From positions 1,732,900 through 1,796,899 of the forward strand of contig CAKAEQ010000001.1 in NCBI GenBank assembly GCA_916438195.1: a stretch of DNA of 64,000 nucleotides, given 5' to 3'. A program made the position numbers and the translations under genes. The notes below the pieces were generated by a model. It saw only the letters and a program-made list of their open reading frames with translations. It did not search any database and was not told the DNA's origin. This DNA comes from an uncultured Prevotellaceae bacterium. GTDB taxonomy: Bacteria > Bacteroidota > Bacteroidia > Bacteroidales > Bacteroidaceae. This document shows positions 21,951-35,011 of the stretch, piece by piece (positions within the stretch are counted from its first letter, which is position 1; the number at the start of each line of letters is the position of its first letter).

Positions 21951-22396
21951 TCCAATTTTTCGTTCAAAATAACGCCATCAGCAGCGGGCGCATCATCTTC
22001 GGCAAAACTATTGGCCTTGTATTGGATGCAAAGCATGAGCATCTCATCTTTGCCTGTATTCTTCAAGGCACGTTTGCCAGCAGGAGCTACACGAATGATA
22101 CTACCTTCTGATACGGGGAAGATTTCTCCGTCCACTTGGTACTCGCCCTCACCTTTGAGAATAAAATAGAGCTCTTCGTGGGTCTTGTGGGTGTGAAGGA
22201 AGCCACTATCTTGACCAGGAAAAAGGGTTTGAAATGAGAGATCACTACCTGTTGTCTGCAAAGCTTGTCCCACAAATACTTTTCCAGGAATCTCTATATC
22301 GCCCAATGGGAGGACATAATCCTTGATATTGCTGAATTTACCAACATTTACTGCCGTAAAGTTCTCACCTGCCTTGATTGTCTCTACTTGTTTCAT
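21944..22396 (-). CDS. Cupin-domain protein
   Basis: FLHTHKTHEELYFILKGEG cupin motif; promoter TACCTTTG on minus strand at 22453-22460. Confidence 0.85.
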   Translation of the reverse strand: MKQVETIKAGENFTAVNVGKFSNIKDYVLPLGDIEIPGKVFVGQALQTTGSDLSFQTLFPGQDSGFLHTHKTHEELYFILKGEGEYQVDGEIFPVSEGSIIRVAPAGKRALKNTGKDEMLMLCIQYKANSFAEDDAPAADGVILNEKLEW

Positions 22397-22604
22397 AATG
22401 TCTTTGTTTTTTATTAGTTGTTTGTTTTCGTTCTTTGTTTGTTTTGACGATGCAAAGGTATTATGTTTCGAAACGTTGTACAAGAAGGCACGAAGATGTC
22501 AGTCGGTTACCAAAAAGTAAGTAACATTGAAAACAGAGCTATTGCTGTATTTCATTTTTAAAATAGTTTAACAATGATTTTCTCAAGACTATAAAGCGTG
22601 ATAG

Positions 22605-22621
22605 TTACTTTTGTATAGTAA
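22605..22621. promoter_or_regulatory. Putative HxlR-family operator TTACT-N7-AGTAA
   Basis: Inverted repeat in the divergent cupin/hxlR intergenic region; related GTTAC-N10-GTAAC at 22506-22525. Confidence 0.45.
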
Positions 22622-22649
22622 TGTAATATTTGAACCTAATTATTTAGCA

Positions 22650-23018
22650 ATGAATAGAAACGAATTGCGAGATGCACTCTATCCCAACTGCCCCGTGCGC
22701 AATGTTTTGTCGAGGGTGGGCGACAAATGGTCTATGTTGGTACTGTTTACTTTAGAGGCAAACGAACGACAAAGATTCAAAGAACTACAGCGCAATATTC
22801 CCGACATATCTCAAAAGATGCTGACCGCCACCCTAAAAATGCTGGAGGCCGATGCACTTATCCTGAGAGAGGCTTTCCCAGAAATTCCGCCTCGCGTGGA
22901 GTATTCGCTCACCGACAAAGGCAAGAGCCTATTGCCACTCATTGATAATTTATTGGTTTGGGCAAGTGAAAATATGGATGACATAATAGAAGCGCGAAAG
23001 AATTATCTATTAAAATAA
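22650..23018 (+). CDS. HxlR/DUF24-family transcriptional regulator
   Basis: CPVRNVLSRVGDKWSMLV, RFKELQRNIPDISQKMLT, EIPPRVEYSLT. Confidence 0.92.
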   Translation: MNRNELRDALYPNCPVRNVLSRVGDKWSMLVLFTLEANERQRFKELQRNIPDISQKMLTATLKMLEADALILREAFPEIPPRVEYSLTDKGKSLLPLIDNLLVWASENMDDIIEARKNYLLK

Positions 23019-23030
23019 AGATTTTTCTTA

Positions 23031-23075
23031 CAAAGAAAGCAGTAAATCCCACGTGTGGTTTTACTGCTTTCTTTG
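23031..23075. terminator. Bidirectional terminator between convergent hxlR and EamA genes
   Basis: CAAAGAAAGCAGTAAA...TTTACTGCTTTCTTTG. Confidence 0.75.
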
Positions 23076-23096
23076 TATTCGCGAATGCTCCAGGCC

Positions 23097-24022
23097 TCAA
23101 TATCTCCAGCGCCAATACTTGCGGAGGCGGAAGAGCAGAGGGCGGAAGCGGAGGTGCTTGCCAAGAATAATGAGAAGGACGGCAACGAGGATGAGCAGTA
23201 TGCCTGCGGCAAGGCGGAGGGAGAAAGCTTCGCCAAAAAGGAAGATGCCGATGAAGACAGCAGTGACGGGTTCGAGTGCGCCCATGATGGCCGTTGGCGT
23301 AGAGCCTATGTCGTGGACGGCAAGGACCATGAGCACGAGGGAGAGCACGGTGGGGAATATCGCCATCCAGAAACCCATGAACCAGTGCCAAGGCGTGTGG
23401 AGCATCATCAGATGATTTTCAGGACTAACAAACGACCAAGCCACAATGGCCAACGTGCAGACGAACAACACATAGAAAGTGAGCTTCACGGACGACATGC
23501 GCAGCGAACTCTGGTTGACAACGATGATATAGAAGGCGTAAGTGAGCGAGGAGAGCAGAACGAGGATTACGCCCACCAGACTCAGTGTGGATTGGCCGTC
23601 GCCGCGATAGAGCAGCGCTACGCCCACGAGCGATAACAGGATGGAGACGACCGTGGTGGGCGTTACCTTTTCTCGAAAGAAAAGGGCCATGAGCACCGCC
23701 ACCATAACGGGATAGACAAACAGCAGCGTCGAGGCGATGCCGGCAGCCATGAAATGAAACTCATATAGAGCGAAAGGGCCGAGACAGCAAAGAGGAGGCC
23801 AAGCACAGAGATGATGCAAAACTCTTTCCGAGTGATCCGAAACGATTTTCGCTGCGCAAGGAGCAACGCGCCCAGCAGAAGCGTGGCGATGGAAAAGCGA
23901 TAGAACAGCACACTGGACGAATTGAAGCCGTCGGCATACAAAACGAGAGCGCCAACGGGATTCGTTCCATAAAAGATGGCAGACAGCACACCGCAGATAG
24001 TACCTTTCAGTTTAGTGGTCAT
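23097..24022 (-). CDS. EamA/DMT-family transporter, frameshifted near 23760
   Basis: Ten predicted TMs; GIASTLLFVYPV, IGSTPTAIMGALEPVTAV. Confidence 0.88.
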
Positions 24023-24104
24023 AATGGATTGTGTAAAAAGAAGGAGGAACTCTTCAGTCCCTCCTTATGGAAAGAATTCCTGCCGACTTCCGCCAGCGGG
24101 GATA

Positions 24105-26779
24105 TTATCGGCCTGTTTCCTCCACCATTTCCGAAATGGTTTGCATCATAGAAGTTTTCATAAGTTCTTCAATGCTGAGGTGCATACGATAACGCCAATA
24201 GTGGTGAGGATTGGAAGGCAGATTGATACGTTCGGCATCGGCATTGGGATGGCGATGTTCTTCATCCACAGAAAGCCAATCCTGAAGGCTCAAAATACAG
24301 AGCATGGAGGGACAATTGAGATGACGATAAACAATGTCGCGTGCCAACCAGCCCGGCAGCGGATGAGGAGCAATGCCTTCGCGATAGAGCACTGTATTAT
24401 AATAGGCCTGTGAGCGGTCCATGTCTTCGTCCCACCATTGACGCAATGTGGGCATATCGTGGGTAGAGATAGTGCTCACAGAGCGGTAAGGATTGGCTGG
24501 GAGAACGCCGAAACGAACAGTGGGATCTTTTGGCATCGACTGTATTTCAAGACTCAAGATGCGCAACTCTTGGATGACCCACGCCACGCAGGCTGGCACC
24601 ATTCCGAGGTCTTCTGCACAAACGAGCATCCTTGTGGCATTGACCAATAGAGGCAACTTCTTCATGGCTTCGCCATACCAGAACTGATTATTACGACGAT
24701 AGTAGTAATCATTATAAAGGCGATTGAATGCAGCCTTGTCGGAATCGTAGAGTGCTTCATAAATGAAAGCGAACTGCACAGTAATACGCGGGTGGAATTT
24801 GTTGCTATCACTGCGGTCGCGCACAAAGAGCACGTCGCTGATGAGGGCATACAGTCCATCGCGCAAGAGGATATCCTTCTCACTCGTACGACCTTCAAAA
24901 GCAGCTTCCACCTTGCGTTGTGTGTCATATTCGGGCTTCATCTCCCAAATATCGTCGTGAGCATGATTGAGATAAGTGTCCTTGACCTCTTGTGCATACT
25001 CATGGAAAATTCGGTCGAGCACCCAGTCGGCAATGAATGGCTTAGTGAATAATTCTTCTTGGAAGTGGAGGCCGTAAGACTCTATCTCTTCTCGCGTCAT
25101 ACCGAGCGAGGGAGCGAACTGTCCGAGCAATCCGTGGACAGAATGGATGGGTATTTCCCAAATGCGGAAGAAACCGAGCACATGATCAATGCGGTAGGCA
25201 TCAAAATACTTCTGCATATTCTGGAAACGGCGCACCCACCAGCGACAACCATCGGCTATCATAGCATCCCAATTGTAGGTGGGGAAACCCCAGTTCTGTC
25301 CGTTGACAGAGAAATCGTCGGGCGGAGCACCAGCCTGTCCGTTAAGGTTGAAATAGTTGGGTTCCATCCACACATCGCAGCCGTAGCGGTTCACACCTAT
25401 GGGGATGTCGCCTTTGAGGATGACATGTTTCTGTCGAGCATAGTCGTGAGCAGCTTCCATCTGTGTGCTGAGCAGGAATTGTACGTAATAGTAGAACGCC
25501 ACGTTCTTCCAGGCCGCTGTACTGGGAGTGGAGAGAGAGATTTTCTTTCTTTCTCGTCCCACACTTTATGGTCGGGCCATTGAGAGAAGTCGGCCGTTCC
25601 ATTCTTGTCGCGGAGATAGCAGTACTGCCCATAAGGCACGAGCCACTGCTCCGTTTCTTGGAAAAACGCCTTAAAGGCTTGGCTCTTCATCACCTTATCG
25701 CCTTCCTGAGCAAAGAGTTCGTGGAGATATTCCGTCTTGGCTGCATTGACGCGCTCATAGTCGATTTCGGGCAACGCATTCAGTTCTTTGCGCAGCTCCT
25801 CAAAGTGGGCGGCGCGCTTCTTATCCTTGAGCGCGGGCAGCTGAGTGAGATCGACATACTGCGGGTGGAGAGCAAAGATGCTGATACAGCTATAAGGATA
25901 AGAATCGGTCCAACGGTGCGAGATGGTAGTGTCGTTGATGGGCAACACCTGTAGCACGCGTTGACGCGTGGCACTTACGAAATCTATCATCTTGCGCAAA
26001 TCACCGAAATCTCCCACACCGAAACTGCTCTGAGAGCGCAAGGAGAAAATAGGAATGAGTGTTCCGGCCATGCGATGGTTCGGGATGGGGAAGAAAGCCT
26101 GGTCTAATTCATAGACTACCACCTCTCCTTTGGCCAACTTAGGGAGCGTGATGACACGATTCTCTCTCGTTTCCCAAAATCGGACTGACGTGTGCCCTTC
26201 TTTGGTTGTCTGTGCCAAAAACTTAAATTCTATTTTTCCATCTGCACACTTATCGGCATCGAGGTCTAAGATCCACTCGTTGTAGTTGTGCTCTGTCATG
26301 GGCAGCACCTTATCCTCTTGCCAATCTCCCAGCAAGGGCGTAGCTCCCGATAAGGCCAAACGCTCATCGGAACGCAACTGCGGCGCACGCACCTTGAGGC
26401 GCACCGTGTGGGCATAATTGTCACGCTCCACAGCTGCTTTCTCGCGACGATTTACACATTCGGTGAAAGCCGAACTATAAAGATAGGAATCCTCTGGAAT
26501 ATCCATCCAATGGTCGTAAACGTGATAACATTTGGCGTTTGCTACTGAAAGTTCGAGGCGGTGCGTTTCGGCCGTCCATTCCACGGCACGGAGCCCGCCA
26601 GCTGTCTCAACACTGTAGAAATAGTTCAGCACTGCGCCCTCACCTTTCAGTTTCAACTGTGCCTCCCAGTGTAGGCCATCGAGCGTGTGCATGATATATT
26701 TTTTGTTGTCGCCAACAACGTTCACATAGAGCTCTTCTCCATAGGACGTTTTATACTCTAAATGAAAAAATACTTCCAT
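24105..26779 (-). CDS. malQ: 4-alpha-glucanotransferase (GH77, DPE2-like with CBM20 domains), frameshifted near 25540
   Basis: AGTLIPIFSLRS, QVLPINDT, KGDIPIGV, GAPPDDFSVNGQNWGFPTY, RIDHVLGFFRIW, AEDLG, THDM. Confidence 0.93.
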
Positions 26780-26831
26780 ATATTTAATGTGCTTATATAA
26801 TTCGATGTAGTTATATTAAAAGGATGATGAG

Positions 26832-28135
26832 CTATTTCTCTCCTCGAATGAAAGAAACGCAGAATGCTCCAAGACAGAGGAAGATACCGGCCACAAACAT
26901 CATGTTGCTCTGATGAGAACCAACAAGCGTCAGTAAATAGCCACTAATGGCCGCGGCAACAATCTGCGGCACACAGATGGTTCCATTAAAGAGACCGAGA
27001 TATGCACCCATGTGACCGTAGCCTTGCAGGGCATTGGTGACAAAAGTGAACGGCATGGCGAGCATGGCAGCCCAGCCGGCACCAATCAGGAGGAACGGAA
27101 CGAAGAGCAGATACTGGTCGTGGATGAACGGCACCATACCAAAACCTATTCCGGCAACTACCAAACTGATGGCATAAGCCACTTTCGTATTGCGGAAGCG
27201 GGGCAGGACAAGTGCCCAAGCCACACTTCCCATGGCTTGAACGGCAAAGAGAATACCCACCCAGTTGCCGGCTTCTTGGTAAGCATAGGTACTGGTATCC
27301 GTCGTATTCCAAACTGTTTCGGAGATTGTACCCGTTGTATAATTCCACATATAAAGGAAACCAGCCCAACAAAAAAACTGAACGAGGCCTACTTTCCAAA
27401 ATGTGGCGGGAGCATTCTTCAAGAGCGTCAGCCAATCGGCCTTTTCCTCTTTCACTTCCTCCTTGGCTTCGTTATACGCTGCATACTCAGCAGGTGTCCA
27501 TTCCTTGACTTTCAAAACCGTGTAAATCACACAGAGAATCAAGATAGCGGCTCCCACATAGAACGACCAAATGACCGTATCAGGTACAACGCCCTTGGGA
27601 GCTTGGTTCTTCAGTCCTATCCATGCGAACACGTAAGGAAAGACGAAACCTACCACATTGCCGGCATTACAAAGAAAACTTTGGATGGAATAGGCTCTGG
27701 CTTTTTGTTTCTCATTGACCATGTCGCCCACCAACATCTTGAAAGGTTGCATAGCCATATTGATGGACGTATCAAGGAGCATCAATGCTATCAAGCCGAA
27801 ATCATCGCTCCACCAATAGTGAGGCCGAACGAACCCGCATTGGGCAACAAACACATCACGGTTACGGCAAAAGCAGCGCCTACGAAGAGATAGGGAATGC
27901 GGCGGCCGAAACGCGTCCACGTTTTGTCGCTCAGCGTACCAATGATGGGCTGAACAAGAAGTCCCATCAGCGGAGGCAGAATCCAAAAATACCCCAAACT
28001 ATGCGGGTCTGCTCCCAGTGTAGCAAAGATTCGTGAGATATTAGCCCCTTGTAGGGCATAAGCAATCTGTACGCCGAAGAATCCAAAACTAAGATTCCAG
28101 AGCTTCCAAAAGTTTAGATTAGGTTTTTGTTTCAT
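26832..28135 (-). CDS. MFS sugar transporter (SLC45/maltose permease-like), frameshifted near 27790
   Basis: LWNLSFGFFGVQIAYALQ, SDKTWTRFGRRIPY, MGAYLGLFNGTICVPQI; directly upstream of GH77. Confidence 0.88.
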
Positions 28136-28254
28136 ATAAAAAAGAGTTTAGTTAGTTATCCTGAAAACATAACGAGGAACTATCAGCAGAGAACCGCCGT
28201 GGCATAGTTCTCTACTCATAGCTCCTCGATATCACGTTGCGGAGATTCTGAAAA

Positions 28255-28722
28255 TCAATACTCCACTTTGTCGCCTTTTTCCTTCCATGCTTCAAAAGTT
28301 TTGAGAGCTTCGGAACGCAGCATATTCTCCGACTTCAAACGACGCTCGGAGGCTTCAAGATCGAGTTCCTTATAAATAAAAGAATCGTCGAAACCAGCAT
28401 CCGCCGCATCGTCCTTATTGCAAGCATAATACATACGGTCGAGATGTGCCCAATAAATAGCTCCTAAGCACATGGGACACGGCTCGCAACTCGTGTAGAT
28501 GTCGCAGCCACTAAGGTCGAACGTGCCCAACTTTTGTCCAGCAGCGCGGATAGCACTCACTTCGGCATGCGCCGTAGCGTCGTTGTTCGCCGTCACGCGA
28601 TTGACCCCCGTAGCAATAATCTCACCGTTCTTTACAATAACAGCTCCAAATGGGCCGCCACCGTTTTTAACATTTTCATCAGAGAGGCGTATCGCTTCTC
28701 GCATGAAGTCTATCGTTTCCAT
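28255..28722 (-). CDS. Zn-dependent nucleoside/guanine deaminase
   Basis: GGPFGA, HAEVSAIR, SCEPCPMC; promoter TACTTTTG on minus strand at 28748-28755. Confidence 0.88.
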   Translation of the reverse strand: METIDFMREAIRLSDENVKNGGGPFGAVIVKNGEIIATGVNRVTANNDATAHAEVSAIRAAGQKLGTFDLSGCDIYTSCEPCPMCLGAIYWAHLDRMYYACNKDDAADAGFDDSFIYKELDLEASERRLKSENMLRSEALKTFEAWKEKGDKVEY

Positions 28723-28803
28723 TATTAAAAATCAAGACGTTTGTAGGCAAAAGTAAGAAATAATTTCTATTTTTGCAAAAAGCATATAAATAAACGTCAA
28801 AAT

Positions 28804-30030
28804 ATGGATATTGTTCAAAGATTTCTTGAATATACGACATTCGACACACAATCTGCCGAAGACACGGGTAAGACGCCGAGTACGGACAAACAACTTGTCT
28901 TTGCGCGCTTCCTGCGCGACCAGCTCGAGGAGATTGGTTTGGAAGACATAGAACTGACTGACGAAGGCTATCTCTATGCCACACTCCCAGCCAATACTAA
29001 GAAGGACGCCCCCGTGGTAGGTTTCATTGCCCACATGGACACCAGTCCCGATGCCTCGGGAGCTAATATCAAACCACATATTGTTAAGAACTACGACGGT
29101 GGAGATATTGAGTTGGAAAAGGGAGGTCTTGTTACAAGTCCTAAAGTTTTCCCCGAACTTCGCCAACATATCGGTGAGGACCTCATTGTTACCGACGGCC
29201 ACACCCTGCTGGGTGCTGACGATAAGGCAGGTATCGCCGAAATTGTCCAGGCGATGGTTTATCTCAAAGAACATCCCGAAATCGAACACGGCAAAATCCG
29301 CGTAGGCTTCAATCCGGACGAAGAAATCGGCTTAGGTGCCCACAAGTTCGACGTTGAAAAATTTGGCTGCGAATGGGCCTATACGATGGACGGCGGCGAC
29401 ATTGGCGAATTGGAATTTGAGAATTTCAACGCAGCAGCTGCGAAAGTAGAAATCAAAGGCGTTAGCGTACACACAGGCTATGCCAAGAACAAAATGGTCA
29501 ATGCAACGCGCGTTGCCGTAGAGTTCATGAACCTCCTTCCGCAGGACGAAATCCCCGAGCTCACAGAGGGCTACGAAGGTTTCTTCCATTGCCTCGGCAT
29601 TGAGTCCGCTTGTGAGAATGCCGCGATGAGTTTTATCATTCGCGACCACGATGCTTCAAAATTCGAAGCCCGCAAACGCACCATTAAGGAAGTGGCAGCG
29701 CAGCTCAATGAGAAGTATGGCGAAGGCACTGTCAGTATCCACATCCACGACCAATACAAGAACATGAAGGAGATGATAGACCCCGTCTACCACGTAGTGG
29801 ACATAGCCATCAAGGCCATGGAGGAAGCGGGCGTCAGTCCTCGCATCCAAGCCATCCGAGGCGGAACAGATGGTGCGCAGCTCTCCTTCCGCGGGCTGCC
29901 CTGTCCGAACATCTTCGCCGGTGGGCTCGACTTCCACGGTCCTCACGAGTTCCTCCCCATCCGCAACCTTGAAAAAGCGATGGAAGTAGTAGTGAACATC
30001 TGCCGCATCGTGGGCAACTTCAACGAATAA
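28804..30030 (+). CDS. pepT: Peptidase T (M20B tripeptidase)
   Basis: [43 protein letters not shown]. Confidence 0.95.
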   Translation: MDIVQRFLEYTTFDTQSAEDTGKTPSTDKQLVFARFLRDQLEEIGLEDIELTDEGYLYATLPANTKKDAPVVGFIAHMDTSPDASGANIKPHIVKNYDGGDIELEKGGLVTSPKVFPELRQHIGEDLIVTDGHTLLGADDKAGIAEIVQAMVYLKEHPEIEHGKIRVGFNPDEEIGLGAHKFDVEKFGCEWAYTMDGGDIGELEFENFNAAAAKVEIKGVSVHTGYAKNKMVNATRVAVEFMNLLPQDEIPELTEGYEGFFHCLGIESACENAAMSFIIRDHDASKFEARKRTIKEVAAQLNEKYGEGTVSIHIHDQYKNMKEMIDPVYHVVDIAIKAMEEAGVSPRIQAIRGGTDGAQLSFRGLPCPNIFAGGLDFHGPHEFLPIRNLEKAMEVVVNICRIVGNFNE

Positions 30031-30096
30031 GAAACTTTTCCTCATAGAGCCTCAACCTTTGCTAACAAACAGTTGAGGCTCGTTTTTTATCTTCCT

Positions 30097-32399
30097 ATGT
30101 CTGAACTTCCACAACTCGTATCCGATCTTGCACTCATTCTGATTGTAGCCGGAATTACCACCCTTCTTTTTAAGCGCCTCAAGCAGCCTCTCATTCTGGG
30201 CTATATCCTGGCCGGCTTTCTCACAGGTCCTCACATGACTTGGGTACCCACCGTGTCCGACACAAGCAGTATCGACACATGGTCGAGTATCGGAGTCATC
30301 TTCATCATGTTCACCCTCGGCCTTGAGTTCTCTTTCAAGAAAATTGTGAAGATGGGACTCCGCCCTATCATAGCGGCAGTGAGTGTCATCACGTTTATGA
30401 TCACGATAGGCTCCCTTGTGGGGCGCAGCTTCGGGTGGAGCCACATGAACAGCCTTTTCTTAGGCGGCATGCTGGCTATGTCGTCCACAACTATCATCTA
30501 CAAAGCCCTCGACGAATTAGGCTTGCGGCAAAAGAAGTTTGCCAACGTCGTGCTGGGCGTACTCATCTTGGAGGACATCTTGGGCATCTTGCTCATGGTG
30601 ATACTCTCGGCAATGGCCGTCAGCAGCCAGTTTGAAGGCGCAGAACTCTTACAAAGTTTTTTGAAGCTCGGCTTCTTCCTCGTGCTTTGGTTTGTGGTGG
30701 GCATCTTTATTGTCCCACTCGTCTTGCGCCGCAACTCCAAGTGGATTGGTAAGGAAACGCTGCTCATCGTAAGCGTGGGCCTATGTTTCCTCTTGGTAGT
30801 TCTCGCCACCAAAGCCGGCTACTCTTCGGCCTTTGGTGCGTTTATGATGGGTAGTATTCTGGCCGAAACCATCGAGGCAGAAAGCATTGAGCGCGTAGTA
30901 GCCCCCGTCAAAGATCTCTTTGGTGCCATTTTCTTTGTCAGCGTGGGCATGTTGGTAGATCCCTCTATTCTTGTAGCCTACTGGCAACCCATCGCGGTCA
31001 TCGTATTGGCCATCATCATCGGGCAAGCTCTCTTTGGCTCGCTGAGCTTCCTCATCTCTGGCCACACGCTCAAAGTGAGCATGCAATGCGGTTTTTCGCT
31101 CACCCAAATAGGTGAGTTTTCATTCATCCTTGCTGGCCTTGGCGTCAGCTTAGGCGTGACGAGCAAATTCCTCTACCCCGTGGTGGTGGCAGTGAGTATC
31201 ATCACCACTTTCACGACCCCCTACCTCATCAAGTTGGCCGAACCCGCTTACGGCTTTGTACAGCGGCTTTTGCCCCAAACTGTTACCCGACGTTTGGAGC
31301 AGCGAGGCGCAGCATTAGAAAAGCAAAAAGCCGCACACCCTTGGAAGAATATGCTGACCAGTCAGTTCATCATCACGGGAGCGTACCTCGTATTGTCGGC
31401 CGCCTTTGTGACCATATCATTCTCCACGGTGCTCCCTCTCTCTCGCGGTATCTTTGGCCACTGGGCGGGCAACATCCTGAGCGGCATCATTACTTATGTG
31501 GGTGTGAGCATTTTCCTACGCCCCATCGTGACGAAGAAATACTTTTCTCCACAGGTGGAAGAGTGGCGCAGGGAGCACTCCACGCTCAACCTCATACTTT
31601 TCAACATCACGGTGCTTATACGCTTCACCATTGCCACTGCTGGCATTTTCTATATCATCGAATTTCTCTGTCCGCTACAGTGGTATTGGAACGCTCTGAT
31701 TGCTATCTTCCTCACACTCAGTTTTGTGCTGGAGAAATTTGCCGTCCACAATCATTTCGCACTGTGGGTGAAACTCATTTCCATCCGCTTGGAGCGCACC
31801 TTCACCACCAATCTGCGCTCACGTGAGATATATGCAGCAGCTCGCCGACCAGGCTATGCCAACACGTTGCAAAGCATGATGTCCACCTCTCCGAACTTGC
31901 CCTGCCCGAAGACTCATGTTGGGGTGGGAAAACACTGCGTGAACTCCAACTGGGGCATCGCGACAGTGTGCACGTTGCAGCCATCATCCGCGGCAACAAT
32001 CGCATCAACATCCCCGATGGTGAAACCATGCTCTTCCCTTGTGATCGCATCGAAGTGATAGGTGATGATGAGAGCCTACAAAATCTGTCGAAACGAATGA
32101 ATAGTGAGATAGCAGAAGCCACGCCCAACGATCAGAAGCATCATCTCGATATCGATCATTTCACCATTCACACAGGTTCTCCACTTTGTGGCAAAGATCT
32201 CTTTGAGGCCAATATCCGCACGGACTTCCAATGCCTGGTAGTGGGCTTCGATAATGACGACGAAACGAGCAATGCCATCGATGTGCCTTCGGCCGATCGT
32301 GTCATCCATGCAGGCGACACCATTTGGCTGGTGGGCGAAAGCAAGGATTTGAAACGTCTCCGTCAATACAGTCTCCCGAAAAAAGAAAATCAGGAATAA
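30097..32399 (+). CDS. CPA2 cation:proton antiporter with C-terminal TrkA-C (RCK_C) domains, frameshifted near 31870
   Basis: LKQPLILGYILAG, LGLEFS, SSTTII, ILEDI, QIGEFSFI; two RCK_C-like domains. Confidence 0.88.
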
Positions 32400-32411
32400 G
32401 AGCAAAAGAGT

Positions 32412-32447
32412 GTCGGATTGGTCGGATTGGTCAGACTGGTCAGACAC
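32412..32447. repeat. 9-bp tandem repeat GTC(G/A)GAnnn, four units
   Basis: GTCGGATTG GTCGGATTG GTCAGACTG GTCAGACAC. Confidence 0.7.
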
Positions 32448-32479
32448 AGTTCAAGCCAGCAGGCACTGGCTCAAAATAC

Positions 32480-32549
32480 AATAAGGCTGTTGGCCTACGC
32501 CTTTATTGTGTCAGCCGACAGAATAAGGAAATCAGCTGAGAGAATAAAG
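32480..32549. repeat. 21-bp-period array, copy D
   Basis: Boxes at 32480 (AATAAGG), 32501 (CTTTATT), 32522 (AATAAGG), 32543 (AATAAAG). Confidence 0.88.
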
Positions 32550-32640
32550 ATATTTTTTGTTATATCCCCCAAACGCGGTATAGCAGGTCTGAAAAATCGC
32601 TCGTAACTTTGCTTGTTCAAAACATAAAAACATAACAACT

Positions 32641-34999
32641 ATGACATTAAAAGAACTCCATATAGGTCAGACCGGACGGGTGACAGCCGTGGGAGGAAAG
32701 GGCGCACTGCGTCAGCACTTCCTCGACATGGGCGTTATTCCAGGCATCGACGTGAAACTGGTGAAGTATGCGCCAATGGGCGACCCGATGCAGCTGCTCG
32801 TGCATGGCTACGAGCTAACGCTCCGACTGGCAGATGCTGAGAAAATCGACATAGAGCTGCAAGAAAACCCCGAACCACAGAAGAGCCAACATAACTTCAG
32901 TGTCAGCTACGGCCATGAAGAGCCTCACCCCGGTTATGGTGAAATGAACCCGCTGGAAGGTCACACGGATGAGCATAAACACATCGTCAATGAGAAACTG
33001 ACCTTTGCGCTTTTGGGCAATCAAAACAGCGGAAAAACTACACTCTTCAACCAACTGACGGGCGCCAATCAACATGTGGGCAACTTCCCCGGCGTGACAG
33101 TAGACCAGAAAACGGGAATTATCAAAGGCCATCCCGAAGCCACCGTTACCGACCTGCCTGGCATCTACTCGCTATCGCCTTACAGCAATGAGGAAATTGT
33201 GAGCCGAGAGTTTATCTTCAACGTCCACCCCACTTGCATCATCAACATCGTGGATGCTTCCAACATTGAGCGCAACCTCTACCTGACGATGCAGATTCTG
33301 GAACTGGGCATCCCCACTGTCCTGGCGCTCAACATGATGGACGAGGTGCGCAACAACGGCGGAACGATTCTCGTCAATGAGTTGGAAAGCCGGCTGGGTA
33401 TCCCTGTTATCCCCATTTCAGCACTGAAAAACGAAGGTGTGGCAGAACTCGTGGAACACGCCATTCATGTGGCGAAATACAATGAAGGTCCTGCTCGGAA
33501 GGACTTCTGCGGCGCCCACGAACACGGAGGAGCGGTGCATCGCGCTATTCACGCCATGACCCATCTCATCTACGACCACGCCGAGAAGGCACAAATCCCA
33601 GCACGCTTCGCCGCCACGAAACTCCTCGAAGGCGATGCGCTCGTGAACAAAGCCCTGCAACTGGAGGAAAACGAGGAGGAAATGATGGAACACATACGCC
33701 AACAAATGGAAGAAGAGCGCGGACTCGATGCCGCTGCCGCTATTGCCGATATGCGCTACAGCTTCATTCTGTCAGCGTGTGCCGACACGGTAGTGAAGCC
33801 GCAGGAGAGCAAGGAACACGCTCGCAGCCGGCGCATCGACACGATACTCACGGGGCGTTGGACAGCCTTTCCTGCCTTTCTCCTCATTATGGCGGGTATC
33901 TTCTACATCACTTTCGACCTCCTCGGCACTACACTTCAGAATTGGCTGCAAAAGGGTGTCGACTGGTTCACCGAAGTGAGCGATCAAGCCCTTACTTCTT
34001 GGAACGTCTCCCCCATTCTCCACGATTTGATTATCAAAGGTGTCTACACGGGTGTAGGCACTGTCGTTAGTTTCTTACCCATCATCATCATTCTTTTCTT
34101 CTTCCTTTCCATGCTGGAGGACAGCGGCTATATGGCACGTATTGCCTTTGTCATGGACAAGAGTATGAGAAAGCTCGGCTTGTCGGGTCGAAGCATCGTT
34201 CCTCTACTCATGGGCTTCGGTTGCTCCGTTCCGAGCGTGATGGCAACCCGCACGCTGCCCTCCGAACGCGACCGCCGCATGACGGTGATGCTGACGCCAT
34301 TTATGAGCTGCACTGCCAAGCTCCCCATCTATGGTTTCTTCATCGCGGCCTTCTTCCCCCCACAATGGCGGCCTTATCATGACAGGGCTTTACCTGCTGT
34401 CGATTTTTGTGGGCATCATCGTGGCACTCATCATGAAGAAGCTAGCATTCAGCGGCGAGGCTGTGCCGTTTGTTATGGAGCTTCCCAACTACCGTTTGCC
34501 TGGTGCGCAGAGCGTTTTGCGCCTCATCTGGGACAAGACGAAGGACTTCATCCAGCGTGCCTTTAGCATCATCCTCGTGGCAACGATTCTGATATGGTTT
34601 CTCCAGTCGTTCGACTTCGGTCTGAACGCTGTGACCGACTCCGAACAAAGTATGCTGGCACACATTGCCAATCTGATAGCCCCCATCTTTAGTCCGTTGG
34701 GCTTCGGCAACTGGAAGTTTGTTTCCTCCCTCATTGCCGGCTTCATGGCAAAGGAGAGCGTGGTGGCCACCATGACAGTGCTCTTTGGCAACACAGCAGG
34801 ATTCCACGCCGCACTGGCTTTCCCCGCGGCCATCTCCCTGCTCGTCTTCTCTTTGCTCTACACGCCGTGTGTGGCAACAATCGCCACCGTGAAGCAAGAA
34901 ATGGGGCGCAACTACGCCATTGGTCTTGTGTTCTGGCAAACGGCTATCGCTTGGCTGTGCGCCCTCATCGCCTACGGCCTTGCCCATCTCATTTTCTAA
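32641..34999 (+). CDS. feoB: FeoA-FeoB fusion ferrous iron transporter, frameshifted near 34365
   Basis: N-terminal FeoA (LRQHFLDMG, APMGDP); GNQNSGKTT, VGNFPGVTV, DLPG, NMMD; MGFGCSVP, LLYTPC; promoter TAACTTTG at 32604. Confidence 0.95.
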
Positions 35000-35011
35000 A
35001 ACATTCATCGT

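Noticed and set aside
20583..23075. tRNA-anchored genomic island
   Set aside because: The downstream block is AT-rich, but I found no integrase and no duplicated tRNA 3' end (att site).
28173..28228. Long hairpin between the deaminase and MFS genes (also 7833-7874) as ncRNA
   Set aside because: Position right after a stop codon fits an ordinary terminator or stabiliser; nothing supports a distinct RNA gene.
32550..32640. Fur box or metal riboswitch upstream of feoB
   Set aside because: No convincing palindrome, and the leader after the -7 box is only about 25 nt.
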